This document shows, in pieces, positions 37,846 to 50,340 of a stretch of 64,000 bases of DNA. The translations under genes and the position numbers were made by a program. The number at the start of each line of letters is the position of its first letter. The first letter of the stretch is position 1. Source of the stretch: Polyangiales bacterium. GTDB taxonomy: Bacteria > Myxococcota_A > Polyangia > Polyangiales > Polyangiaceae. Below the pieces are notes generated by a model. That model saw only the letters and a list, made by a program, of their open reading frames with translations. It was not told the origin of the DNA and did not search any database. The stretch is taken from NCBI GenBank assembly GCA_038230375.1, contig JBBRNJ010000026.1:1-64000 (forward strand), given 5' to 3'.

Positions 37846-38903
37846 CGAGGCGTGGTGAACTGGCGGCCGTCGCAGCCGCGCTCTGCGCTTCACTCACGTT
37901 CGCGCCGCCTGCGCGTGCCGAGGAGTCGGAGCCCATCCGCGTGGTCTATCAAGCACAGGACGGCTGCCCGTCGGGTGCTTCGTTCATCGCGGACGTGCAG
38001 GAGCGAACGGCGCGCGCGCGCATCGTCGAAGAAGGCGAGCGCAGGGTCTTCGAGATCATCCTGGAGAACGTGCCCGCTGGGTCTGCACGCGGAACGCTGG
38101 TGGTCCGTGGTGATGGGCGCCCGTCGACGCGCGTGCTCGATGGCCAGTCGTGCGCTGAAGTGGCATCGGCGCTCGCATTGATCATGGCGCTCACGATCGA
38201 CCCACGCGCGAGCACCGCTCCGACGAGCATCACGCCCCCGACTGCCACGCCAGCCGCGGCGCCGGCAGAGCCCGTGCATCCGCCGGAGCCCAAGCCCGCG
38301 GAGGAACGCGTGGAGCCGCCACCTCCTCCCGCGTCGCAGCCCCTCGTGCCCACCACGCGCGCGCGCTGGGTCTTCGGCGTTGGGCCCGAAGCGGGGGTGC
38401 GCACGGGCGTCTTGCCGAGCAGCGCGCTCCTGCTTGGCGGCCTCATCATCGTTTCGGACGACTCTCGTGCGCTCTTCGCCCCGAGCATTCGACTGGCGCT
38501 CGGCGCGGCGACGTCGGCTCAGACGGCGCAGGTCGGGACGTCGGCGGTCGTCGTCAACTGGTTCGGCGCCAGATCCGAGCTCTGCCCGCTGCGCATCGGG
38601 CTCTCCGCCGACGTCGCGATTCGTCCATGCGCTCTCGTGGAGATCGGAAGCACGTCGTCCCGCGGCGAGGGCGTGAGTGACCCACAAGATCAGTCTCGCG
38701 CGGGAGTGGGCGGTGGTGGTTCGGTCGACGTCAGGTGGGAGCTCCGCCCGTTCTTCGTCTCGGGAGACGTGTTGCTCATCGCGCCGTTCCGCCCTGACCG
38801 CTACTACGCGGGCCCCGGCACCACGCTGTACCAGCAGCCGCAGGTCGGTGTGGGCTTCGCACTCGCGGTGGGCGTCCTGCCATTCTCCGCATCGATCCGA
38901 TGA
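37842..38903 (+). CDS. Hypothetical exported protein with a beta-barrel-like C-terminus (ECF cassette associated)
   Basis: GTGA overlap; signal peptide ending ARA; GCPS..SCAEVASALALI..IDP motif; Pro linker; amphipathic strands. Confidence 0.75.
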   Translation: MTRRGELAAVAAALCASLTFAPPARAEESEPIRVVYQAQDGCPSGASFIADVQERTARARIVEEGERRVFEIILENVPAGSARGTLVVRGDGRPSTRVLDGQSCAEVASALALIMALTIDPRASTAPTSITPPTATPAAAPAEPVHPPEPKPAEERVEPPPPPASQPLVPTTRARWVFGVGPEAGVRTGVLPSSALLLGGLIIVSDDSRALFAPSIRLALGAATSAQTAQVGTSAVVVNWFGARSELCPLRIGLSADVAIRPCALVEIGSTSSRGEGVSDPQDQSRAGVGGGGSVDVRWELRPFFVSGDVLLIAPFRPDRYYAGPGTTLYQQPQVGVGFALAVGVLPFSASIR

Positions 38904-38907
38904 AGCG

Positions 38908-39678
38908 CTATTGCACGATGAGCGTGGCGCTATCGATCGCGCTCATGGTGGCGTTGGACGCGGTCGAGAACGTGGTGCCCGCCTTCACGCCCGTGGCGAG
39001 GCCGTTGGCGTCGATGGTGGCCAGCGTCCCATCGCCGGTGGTCCAATTCACATCCTTGGTCACTCGCCGCGCCGTCGCGTCACTGAAGGTACCTGTTGCA
39101 TTGAACTGAAGCGTCTTGCCGACCATGACGTTGCCCGGACTCGGACTGACGAGGAGGTTGGTCAGCGTTGCGCCGTTGACGACGATGCTCGCTGTAGCGC
39201 CGACGGCTGTGCCACCAGGATCCGCGGCCACGATCGTGGTGGTCCCCAGCGCGACCGCCTTGGCCAGCCCCTTGTCCGCGCCGGCGTTCGTGATCGTCGC
39301 GGCCCCCGCATCTCCGGTGGACCAGTTGACGAGCGTGGTGACGTCGATCTTTCCGCCGTCGTTCAGCATCAACGTGGCGAGATACGGCTGCGAGTACCCT
39401 GCGGGAACGGAGGCGGTCGTGGGCGCGACCACGATGGTTCCGATCGGAACCGGGGCTGCATCGACGTCCGCGATGCTCGCATCTGCCGCGGCTCCGGCAT
39501 CCACGTCCCCGCTCACCGTCCCGTCGGGTGTGGACGCATCCGGCCCGGTGGCGCCAGCGCTGTCTCCGCCGCCGTCCTCGGCGGGGGTGCTCGTGGAAGA
39601 GGAGGAGCACGCCGCCACCGTCGCGAACGCGACGACCAGAGCAAGCGCGGAGATCACGGCGGGGTTCTTCACGATCAT
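38908..39678 (-). CDS. Ig-like (Big_2) repeat lipoprotein
   Basis: Lipobox (VAAC); two units of V.P....V..G...Q..AT....DG...DVT..VNW.TGD...ATI...GLA. Confidence 0.85.
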   Translation of the reverse strand: MIVKNPAVISALALVVAFATVAACSSSSTSTPAEDGGGDSAGATGPDASTPDGTVSGDVDAGAAADASIADVDAAPVPIGTIVVAPTTASVPAGYSQPYLATLMLNDGGKIDVTTLVNWSTGDAGAATITNAGADKGLAKAVALGTTTIVAADPGGTAVGATASIVVNGATLTNLLVSPSPGNVMVGKTLQFNATGTFSDATARRVTKDVNWTTGDGTLATIDANGLATGVKAGTTFSTASNATMSAIDSATLIVQ

Positions 39679-39686
39679 GGGTGGTC

Positions 39687-40529
39687 TCAGTGGGTCAGCT
39701 GGGTGGTGGCCGTACAGGCCGGCGAGATCTGGATCTCCATCGTCTGCGCCGCGATCTTGTCGGAGAAGGCATGCGTGGGATCCATCAACACCATCGACAT
39801 GGTCCCCGGCGTACCGTTCATTGTCGCGGTGAAGGCGAAGTGGTGGGTCGCACCCGCGGGGACCGCCGGGATCAGGCTGTTCCACACCATGGCGCCGCTC
39901 GGGTCCTTGAGCAGGAGCACCAGCTGCGTCGCGGTGACGCTTGTATGGTTCTCGATCTCCACGTTCCCCTTCATCGCATTGCATGACGTGAAGGTCGGCA
40001 CCACTGCAGTGCTCATGAACGCCTTGCCGCTGATGGCATCATGACGCCGGTCCGCGGTCATGGAGTTGAGTGAGTCGTGGACGTGCGTGTCGAACGTGCA
40101 CTGCGCGTCCATCGACGCGCCTCGCTTGGTGGGATCCGCGCCGTCGCCGAGCAGCCAGAGGTCGTACGCGAGTCCGCACTGCGCTCGCTCTGTCTTGTCG
40201 GTGACAATGACGAACCCGTCGCTCTTTGCCGGGACGTGCACGGTGTGAGGCGCCCCGGACTCCGCCTTCCCCGTGCGCGCGAAGTGCACGTCGACCATCC
40301 CTGCGGCTGCGCCCGAGTTGTGGAGGGTCACCTGGAACGCGAGCGAGCCCGTGGGCGCAAGCACTGCGTGGAAACCTGTGATGTGGACGATGGCCACCGC
40401 GGTCGGACCTTGCACCACCATGGGCGGGGCGGCAGCAACCGGTGCCGCCAGAAGGGCCAGCGCCCCGACGATGATGGTCATGGTGCCTGCACGGACAAGG
40501 AGCTCTCTCACAGCGCGTTTGGTTGACAT
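39687..40529 (-). CDS. Hypothetical secreted beta-rich protein (paralog of 40652-41524)
   Basis: Signal peptide; shared Cys pattern and CTF..D..N, I.NH, D.TH, CT..T motifs. Confidence 0.72.
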   Translation of the reverse strand: MSTKRAVRELLVRAGTMTIIVGALALLAAPVAAAPPMVVQGPTAVAIVHITGFHAVLAPTGSLAFQVTLHNSGAAAGMVDVHFARTGKAESGAPHTVHVPAKSDGFVIVTDKTERAQCGLAYDLWLLGDGADPTKRGASMDAQCTFDTHVHDSLNSMTADRRHDAISGKAFMSTAVVPTFTSCNAMKGNVEIENHTSVTATQLVLLLKDPSGAMVWNSLIPAVPAGATHHFAFTATMNGTPGTMSMVLMDPTHAFSDKIAAQTMEIQISPACTATTQLTH

Positions 40530-40651
40530 GGAGGGACAGACGAAAGCTGCCACGGCTCATTCGTTCGTCGACGGTGATCGGCTGGGTTTAACCCATTCAT
40601 CACAATCATCCGCCGCCGGGACCAGGCAGCCCCTGGCACCGTGGCGCGCCA

Positions 40652-41524
40652 TCAGTGGGCAATCGTCCGCAGCACCGCGAACGTCGTGGCGAGCGTGCAG
40701 TTGCGGGTCGTGGTGACGGTGAGCCCGTGGTTTTCGATATGCGAGCCGAGCACGTGGGTCCAGTCCACGATCGCGAGGTCGAGCTTTGCGGTCACGTCGT
40801 GAGGACCGACGGGGGTGAGAACGATCTCCTTGTAGCTACCGGCAGCGAGCGGGAAAGCCGCCGCCGTCTGCGCCCGCACGCTCTCGCCGGACCGGGCCTG
40901 GGCAAGGAGCGAGGGTGTCGAGATCTTCGAGTGGTTGACGATCCGCGCCTTGATCTTGGGGCCGGCAACGCACGAGGGCGCGGTCTCGAGGACGGCGTTC
41001 GTCAGGTAGACCTTGTCCTTCTGCTCCACCACGACCTGGTCGGTGTCGTTGCTGAGGTTCCAGAGGTCCACGATGGAGCTGGCGAACGTGCAGGTCGGCG
41101 TGACCTCCACGTTCCGCGTGTTGTTGTTGTACTCCTCGCCGTCGATCGTGATCGATACGCGGTAGGCCTTTGGAGAGCAGCCCGAAGGGAGGCCCGTGGG
41201 ATCCGTCAACGTCACCTTCGTCACGGGCTTGTTGGCCGTGCCCCCGCTGCCCTTCACGCTGACGGTCTGGGAGATCTCGCCCGAATCCCAGGTGAGCTTC
41301 ACGAGGGCGTTGGTCGTGGTGTCCGCCCAGCGGAGCACGCTCACGGTCACGTCGAGCGCGCCGCCGGTGTACGTCGCGCTTGCCTTGGTGTCGGTGATTT
41401 CGGTGTTGGCGCGGTGAAGCTGCTGCGCCGCTCCGTCCGAAGCCACCAGCATGCAGCCCAGCGCAAGTCCGACCGCGAGGCTGGTTTTACCGATCATCAA
41501 GACCCGATTTTGAATGTCCGCCAT
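40652..41524 (-). CDS. Hypothetical secreted beta-rich protein (paralog of 39687-40529)
   Basis: AAGGA RBS, signal peptide, same motif series as the neighbour. Confidence 0.75.
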   Translation of the reverse strand: MADIQNRVLMIGKTSLAVGLALGCMLVASDGAAQQLHRANTEITDTKASATYTGGALDVTVSVLRWADTTTNALVKLTWDSGEISQTVSVKGSGGTANKPVTKVTLTDPTGLPSGCSPKAYRVSITIDGEEYNNNTRNVEVTPTCTFASSIVDLWNLSNDTDQVVVEQKDKVYLTNAVLETAPSCVAGPKIKARIVNHSKISTPSLLAQARSGESVRAQTAAAFPLAAGSYKEIVLTPVGPHDVTAKLDLAIVDWTHVLGSHIENHGLTVTTTRNCTLATTFAVLRTIAH

Positions 41525-41665
41525 TTCCTTTCGACGGACGCTCCGTCGATGACATTGTGAACGGTTGCTGAAAAATGCGCAGCGGTGTGCGCCGCGCCCC
41601 CAGCCGGGCTCGCGTTCACCGATACTTCAGAAAGCAGCGACCATCCCCGAACCGAGGAGCCCCTC

Positions 41666-42076
41666 GTGCAGAAGCCTCTCATCGAAGCCCCCACCAGCGA
41701 CGCGACCCGAAAATACGAGACGCTCGCCTACGTGGCTGCGTACGACGCGGTCATCGATTGCGACTACGCCTTCGTGGCGTACAAGGAGACGGAAGGAGAG
41801 GACTGGCGTGTGTATGTGCGTTCGTCGCAGACCGCGGGCGGGGTCTTCGAGCCAACGGCGATCGCAAAAGAGGCACGGGCGGCGGGTGCCCAAGGCAAAC
41901 CCTGGTTCGTGTGGGGCTACAGCTTCGCGACCAGCGACAGCGATCCGCGCGTGATCGAGTTTCGGGTCCACGTCGCCGACGGCCGCCCGAGCGAGCTCGA
42001 GATCTTCGTGCAGCTCCGAAAGTTCGACGGGACCGCGGACGCCGCGAAGTCCGTGAAGTTCGCCTGGCCAGAGTGA
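41666..42076 (+). CDS. Hypothetical protein
   Basis: GAGGAG RBS before GTG 41666; high GC3; globular aromatic-rich sequence. Confidence 0.7.
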   Translation: MQKPLIEAPTSDATRKYETLAYVAAYDAVIDCDYAFVAYKETEGEDWRVYVRSSQTAGGVFEPTAIAKEARAAGAQGKPWFVWGYSFATSDSDPRVIEFRVHVADGRPSELEIFVQLRKFDGTADAAKSVKFAWPE

Positions 42077-42129
42077 CCAACCGCGATCGCATGGTGAGCG
42101 TGCTCCGCCGGAAGCGGCGTGGCTCCCAG

Positions 42130-43038
42130 CTATGCGGGATAGCCTTCGCGTAGCGCCGTCGCCACTGCTTGTAGTGTCGCCTCGACGGACGAGCGCTTGC
42201 GCCACACGAGGGCGATCGTCCTCTGTGCGCCTGGGCCGCCGAGCGGCCGCACGTGGAGTCGCGCGCGCCGCGCCTCGGCGTTCACCGCGAGCGCGGGGAT
42301 GAGCGTGATGCCGGCCCCTCCGGCCACCATCTGCACGAGCGTCGAGAGGCTCGTCGCGCGGAACTCGCCCTCCCGCACGCGCGCCGTGCTGCAGGCCTCG
42401 AGCGCCTGGTCCCGGAAGCAGTGGCCTTCGTCGAGCAACAGGAGCTCCTCGCCGCGCAGCTCTGCCTGTGCGACCGGCGTCTTCTTCCGTGCGAGCGAGT
42501 GTCCTCGCGGCGTCACGAGCATGAACGGGTCCTTCGCGATCACCTCCTGCACCACGTCGCCGACGTCCGCTTCGAGCGCGACGATCGCGCCCTCCAGCTC
42601 GCCCTCACGCAACTTGCGGATGAGCACGGCGGTCTTGTCCTCGACCCAGGCGATGCGGAGCCGCGGCAGCTTCCTGCGCAAGTGCGGCGTGGTCGTCGGG
42701 AGCAAGTAGGGAGAGATCGTGGGGATGACGCCCAGGCGAATCGTGCCGGAGAGCGGGTCGCTGATTCGCTGGGTCGCTTGCACGATCTCGTCGGCCTCGA
42801 GGAGCACGCGGCGCGCCCTGCCGACGACATCGCGCCCTGCCGCGGTGATGAGCACGTTCTTCTTGCTCCTCTCGAAGAGGCGCGTGCCAAGCGTGTCCTC
42901 CACCTGCGCGAGCTGCGCACTCAGGGTAGGTTGGGATACGTGGCAACGCCCAGCCGCACGACGAAACGAGAGCTCGTCAGCGACTGCGACCACGTACTGC
43001 AGCTGCCGAAGCGTGAAGGGATGGGGTGCGGCGCTCAT
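42130..43038 (-). CDS. oxyR: Hydrogen peroxide-inducible LysR regulator OxyR
   Basis: LysR HTH, LGVIPTISPYLLP, LLDEGHCFRDQALEAC (both redox Cys), ATSLSTLVQMV; divergent from katG. Confidence 0.9.
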   Translation of the reverse strand: MSAAPHPFTLRQLQYVVAVADELSFRRAAGRCHVSQPTLSAQLAQVEDTLGTRLFERSKKNVLITAAGRDVVGRARRVLLEADEIVQATQRISDPLSGTIRLGVIPTISPYLLPTTTPHLRRKLPRLRIAWVEDKTAVLIRKLREGELEGAIVALEADVGDVVQEVIAKDPFMLVTPRGHSLARKKTPVAQAELRGEELLLLDEGHCFRDQALEACSTARVREGEFRATSLSTLVQMVAGGAGITLIPALAVNAEARRARLHVRPLGGPGAQRTIALVWRKRSSVEATLQAVATALREGYPA

Positions 43039-43058
43039 CGCGGTCTCCTCTGACTCTG

Positions 43059-43095
43059 ATAGAGTTACACTATCGATATCATCGTATCAATCGAT
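43059..43095. promoter_or_regulatory. OxyR binding site
   Basis: ATAG-N7-CTAT-N7-ATCG-N7-CGAT against the consensus ATAG-N7-CTAT-N7-ATAG-N7-CTAT. Confidence 0.85.
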
Positions 43096-43126
43096 TGGAA
43101 GATCCGGCGCGCGCGCCCTAGATTGA

Positions 43127-45385
<2,259 letters not shown>

Positions 45386-45431
45386 GGTATCGGTGACTCA
45401 TTCGTGCGTCTCGCACGTCAGAGTCTGAAGC

Positions 45432-46874
45432 ATGGCCCATGTCCGCTCTTCCCGCTGCGCACCCGTCGGTCGCCTCCTGATCGCGTTCGGCGTCCTGGCC
45501 GGCTGCGCAGCCTCGAAGGACGGTGGGTCGCAACCACCGCGTGCCAACGGGGAAGAATCCGCCTCGACGACTCCGCCCTACGCGATCACATCCAGGACAA
45601 CGGCGTGGATCCATGCGCAGCCGACGCGACCGTACTGCTTCGCTCCACCGGAGCCATGCGCCGCGCCGGCATCGAGCCTGAGCTTCTCGATCGCGGACGA
45701 CAAGCCTGACAGGCTCATCGAGGTGACGCATGCCCAACCCATCGTCGTGACGAACGTCAAGCTGGCGATGGGGGCAGTGTGGAGGGCAGCCTCCGCAAGC
45801 TATACGGGCCGGCTCGCTGACAGCACGTGCTTCCCCGCGCTCGGATACTGCGCGCCGGTCGGAGCCGACATCGTGCTACGCCGCGAGAACGCCACCACGC
45901 TCACGCTCATGAGCGCGCAGTCCAGCGCCTCGCCCCTCGGCGGCACGGTCGGAGGCGTCGCATTCGACGCGATCCACTCCGTGGTGGCGCTCCAGACCGG
46001 CGAGATCACGTACTGGGTCTCGGGGCACCTCAGCCAAGAAACGAAGATCGCCGACCGGGCGGCGGCGCGCGGCTTCGCCTCCGTTGCGATCCGCAACAAG
46101 ACGGCCGTCGCGATCGTCGCAGGAGAATCGGCGTCCGAGTTCGCGTTTCATGGCTGGGTCCTACCCCCGGGAGTTCGCTTCAACGACGAGGCCAGCGGCT
46201 CCATGTGGAGCTTCGGTCCGGCGTCGCCTGACAAGCCCACCGAGCCAGCGAAGCGCTCACCGAACAATCCTCTCATGGCGTTCGGAGAGCAGGTCTTCTC
46301 GCTGCGTGAAGAGGCGCCGCACTTTGGCCAGGAATGCGGCGCGCGCACGTTCACCGGGAAGCCCACGAAGCCCCAGCGGTTCGGTGCATTCGAGCTCCTG
46401 GACCTCACGGTCACGAACGTGGACGCGTGTCCTTCGCGACCTTCACGCGCGCGGTCCGGGCCGACCTCCGTCGTGTCCGGTACCTTGACGACCACGGTCC
46501 ACATGGGCGAGATCACGATCCCCGCCGCAAGCCACCTGACGCTGCGGGACAAAGTGCTCGTCGAAGCATTCAACGTGACGATCGGCGGGCAGCCGTTCGG
46601 CTCGATGCGGAAGGGCCACGCCGAGAAGGCGCCGCCTGCCGGGGAGCAGGGCGCGCAACGCTGGCAGTGGAGCGCCGCAGCTGACAACGTCGAGCAGTAC
46701 GAGCTCGACATCCCGATCCTGTCATGTGGTCCGAGCGGCGTCGCACGAGAGCAGCTCTTCGAGAGCGCGTTCGTCACCTCGAACGGGCGCCCAGTGGACT
46801 CCGAGTCCGCCAAGGCGATGCAGCGCGCAGGCGCCAGGTGCCCACCCGTCAATCAACACGAGAAGCGTCCTTGA
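45432..46874 (+). CDS. Hypothetical lipoprotein
   Basis: Lipobox LAGC; 480-aa beta-rich ORF with high GC3. Confidence 0.68.
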   Translation: MAHVRSSRCAPVGRLLIAFGVLAGCAASKDGGSQPPRANGEESASTTPPYAITSRTTAWIHAQPTRPYCFAPPEPCAAPASSLSFSIADDKPDRLIEVTHAQPIVVTNVKLAMGAVWRAASASYTGRLADSTCFPALGYCAPVGADIVLRRENATTLTLMSAQSSASPLGGTVGGVAFDAIHSVVALQTGEITYWVSGHLSQETKIADRAAARGFASVAIRNKTAVAIVAGESASEFAFHGWVLPPGVRFNDEASGSMWSFGPASPDKPTEPAKRSPNNPLMAFGEQVFSLREEAPHFGQECGARTFTGKPTKPQRFGAFELLDLTVTNVDACPSRPSRARSGPTSVVSGTLTTTVHMGEITIPAASHLTLRDKVLVEAFNVTIGGQPFGSMRKGHAEKAPPAGEQGAQRWQWSAAADNVEQYELDIPILSCGPSGVAREQLFESAFVTSNGRPVDSESAKAMQRAGARCPPVNQHEKRP

Positions 46875-46884
46875 GCCGAGCCCT

Positions 46885-47225
46885 CTACTTCGGCGCGGCG
46901 GCGACCTCGTCGGCGGAGAGCGTGAGCGCCCAGATGTCCGCGGCTCCTGTTCCCATACGTCCTTGAAGGTGACGTCGTTCATCGTGCTCTTGTGAAAGTC
47001 GTTGGCGCGATCGCACATCGCGCGATCTCCAGCGGCCCAATAGGCCCGCCCCCTGCCCCGGACGGCGTTCGCATGGTCACTGTAGAGGACCAGGTCGCCA
47101 CCGGTGGTCTCCTCGCCGAAGTACGGCGTTCCCAGGATCGCGGTGGGGTCGAAGATGTTGGGCTGCCACCGTCGCTCGTGTCTCCGGTGGCCCGCCGTCC
47201 GCGCGATGGCCTTCTTCAGCAGGTG
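46885..47225 (-). pseudogene. Possible decayed gene remnant
   Basis: Startless frame PNIFDPTAILGTPYFGEETTGGDLVLY...; a different frame ends DIWALTLSADEVAAAPK-TAG, like a LamG C-terminus. Confidence 0.3.
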
Positions 47226-47246
47226 ACGCTTTGCGTTCGCGTGACG

Positions 47247-48203
47247 TCAGTCACCGCCGGCGTCGGAGGCGTCAGCGCCAGCATCGGCGGCAGCGCCCAG
47301 GCCGACGATGGAGCAGCTCCCGTGCTTGTAGTTCGCCTTGGTTCCTGGATCGCAAACGACCTGATGAACCGTGTCCTTGCAGTCCGCCACGGTGTCGCAG
47401 AGCTGCTTGCAGTAGCCCTGGTCACCCGCATGGTCGCCCGGGTCCGAGTACAGACATGCTTCCATCGGACCGCAGCCATCCGGGTTGAAGCCCTGGACGC
47501 AGGTGGCCCCGCACACGTATGCCGGCGTGATTCCGCCCTTGCCGTCGGGCGCGCCGAATTTCGTGCACCGTCCTGCGCAGGTATTGGCGTTCGGGTCGCA
47601 GGCCGTTCCATCCGGATCGCCCTTGTGAATCCCTCCGTTGGTACACCAACGCGTCAGCGGATCGCATGCGCGCCCGGAGCCCTCGCCGCAGTCGCTCTGC
47701 GCTCCGCACACAGGCCAGCAGTAGTCGTACGTCGCAAATTTGTCGTCGCGGTCAAGCGCCGTGAGGCATGCGAAGTCCTCCCGGCCATGGCACTTTGGTC
47801 CGGCGTCTCCTTCGGCGCAGGCTTCCAGGCACCATGCGAGCGCGCTCGTCTTGTACCCGTAGCAGTGCCCGCCGATCGCAACGCACGGGTCGACGTTGGT
47901 GGTGCCGTGCGCAAAGTCGATGCAGCTGATCGTGCAGAAGCCGCCCGCCGCGCTGCCGACCACGTTGATGTTGTCGTTCGAGCTGCGGCAGATGGTGCCG
48001 TCCGCCCCACATTGCGAGTCCGATGCGCAGGGCGCGCCCAGCGTCCCAGCTCCCTGCATGGCGGCGTCCTGCAGTGGGTTTTGCGCCGTGTCACCACCAC
48101 TGTCGGCTGGGCCTGCGCCGCCGCCGGAGTCAGACGAGCAACCCCACCACACCGCAGACAGGGTCGCCGCGCCCGCGAAGACAAGGACAGTTAGCTTGGA
48201 CAC
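47247..48203 (-). CDS. Cys-rich lipoprotein
   Basis: AAGGA RBS, GTG start, lipobox-like WWGC, more than 20 Cys in repeats, DAG tail. Confidence 0.8.
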   Translation of the reverse strand: MSKLTVLVFAGAATLSAVWWGCSSDSGGGAGPADSGGDTAQNPLQDAAMQGAGTLGAPCASDSQCGADGTICRSSNDNINVVGSAAGGFCTISCIDFAHGTTNVDPCVAIGGHCYGYKTSALAWCLEACAEGDAGPKCHGREDFACLTALDRDDKFATYDYCWPVCGAQSDCGEGSGRACDPLTRWCTNGGIHKGDPDGTACDPNANTCAGRCTKFGAPDGKGGITPAYVCGATCVQGFNPDGCGPMEACLYSDPGDHAGDQGYCKQLCDTVADCKDTVHQVVCDPGTKANYKHGSCSIVGLGAAADAGADASDAGGD

Positions 48204-48397
48204 GGGTTTGGACTTCCTTGGATGGGATTGCTTGCGGAAGGTCGAGCATAGCGACAACGCGGCCCTCCCCGCGCAAATCGGCACCGTGCAAGACGCAGGT
48301 CGTGTGCGTGCGACGGCTGCGAAACGCCTGCACGCCACCCAGCTGGCGCCAGCATCCGCGGAGTTGGACGTCGGAATGGCGCATGCACCCATCTCGC

Positions 48398-49064
48398 ATG
48401 ATGGACCGCGTTCTCGCGTTGGTGGTGATCGGCATCCTTGCAACCGCGTGCACGGACATCTGCGAGGTCCGCGGCGGTCCCGACCTCTATGGCGGCACCC
48501 AGTCGTTCATTGCAACGGTACCTTCGCTTCCGGCCGGCGCCGTCGGGACCACGCCTTCGACGGCGACCGTTGACTGGGATCCCTATGAGGAGCGGAGAAA
48601 CGGTTGGGACCGCCATGCATGCGGCGACCTGGTTGCGGTCACCATCGTCACGCAGGGCTGCACGTTGGAGGGGGACGTCACGAGCCTGGTCTACGAGACC
48701 AAGACGTCCACGTCCAGCAAGGGACAGACGAACACCACCGGCGGTCGTTTCCTCTCCGCGACGGCGAACATCGCGTTTGGCACCTGCACGCTGCCAATCG
48801 ACGGAACGAGCACGGTGGTGAACCTCACACATGGATACGTAGCGTGGGACGACACGCGGACGATGCACATCACCACGACAGGGACCTCCGCGAACGGCGA
48901 CGTCGTCACAGTGACCTTCGAGGGCGCCACCACGCGGCCCACGGAGAGCTGCGCCGTCGGCCAGCCAGGTGCCGGTGCGACGCCTCCGCCTTGGCTGCTC
49001 ATCGCGTCCGCGGGCGTGCTCTTCGCGATGCGTCAGCTGCGTCGCCGCCGCGGCTCGCCGCGCG

Positions 49065-49081
<17 letters not shown>
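48398..49081 (+). CDS. Lipoprotein with a MYXO-CTERM-like C-terminal sorting signal
   Basis: Lipobox LATAC; C-terminal SCAVG..linker..hydrophobic helix..RRRR. Confidence 0.7.
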
Positions 49082-49514
<433 letters not shown>

Positions 49515-49527
49515 GGTCCAGCGTGCC

Positions 49528-50340
49528 TCACCTTCTCGTGTGCGCTTGCTCCAGGTTCCTTGCGAACGCAGCCTCGAACACGCCGTCCACACGGATCGAG
49601 TAGCGGAAGCGCGGGGCTCCGGCGACCCCGTGGTAGTCCATGTCGTTGAACCAGAAGATGGGCGCGTCGATCACGGTGTGGCTGCCGCCTTCCGCGTCCT
49701 TCAAGTACAGACCCTTGCCGCCGCGCGGATCGAAGCTGATGGACTGCGCGACCGCGAGCGCTGCGCCCGGCTCCGTGTCGCGATGCGGCGGCGCGTGATC
49801 GTTCGGCTCGAGACCAAAGAGCACCGCGCGACCGATCTCCTTGAAGGGAAGGCTCCGGATGAACGCGACGGTCTTCGGCAGGCGCTCGCACGCGGACTCG
49901 TCGAAGGCCTTGCCGCTGCCGTGGTGCTTGTCTTCCCAGCGATCGTTCTCGAGCACGTGAAAGCAGACCTTCCAGGGGAAGTACACGCCGTGACGGAACG
50001 AGAGGAAGCGCATCTGCGCCATGGTGAACGGGCGATCGGTCTCGTCGCCGAAGGCCAGCGGCGCGTCAATCGCGAGCTCCGGATCGTCGCCCAGCGCGAC
50101 GAAGCGTCGGAGCTCCTCGCGCGAGAACTTCTCGATCGCGTGCATCGCGTCCACGTAGCCGTCGTCCATCGCCCACGGAGCCACCACGCCCATCCACTTC
50201 AGCGTCGCGCCCGTGTAGCTCGTCTCCAGCGTGGGAAGCGCCAGGCTTATCTCCTCGTCCAGCGCGGCGAAGCACGACGTGTCGATGAACGGCGACAGAT
50301 CGATGAACGGCCGTCCCCAGATGCCAACGAGCTTGCTCAT
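49528..50340 (-). CDS. Uncharacterised 2OG-Fe(II)/Asp-Asn beta-hydroxylase-like oxygenase (paralog B)
   Basis: HRD...WFNDMDYHGV...RYS motifs; ATGA-coupled to the Rieske gene. Confidence 0.72.
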   Translation of the reverse strand: MSKLVGIWGRPFIDLSPFIDTSCFAALDEEISLALPTLETSYTGATLKWMGVVAPWAMDDGYVDAMHAIEKFSREELRRFVALGDDPELAIDAPLAFGDETDRPFTMAQMRFLSFRHGVYFPWKVCFHVLENDRWEDKHHGSGKAFDESACERLPKTVAFIRSLPFKEIGRAVLFGLEPNDHAPPHRDTEPGAALAVAQSISFDPRGGKGLYLKDAEGGSHTVIDAPIFWFNDMDYHGVAGAPRFRYSIRVDGVFEAAFARNLEQAHTRR

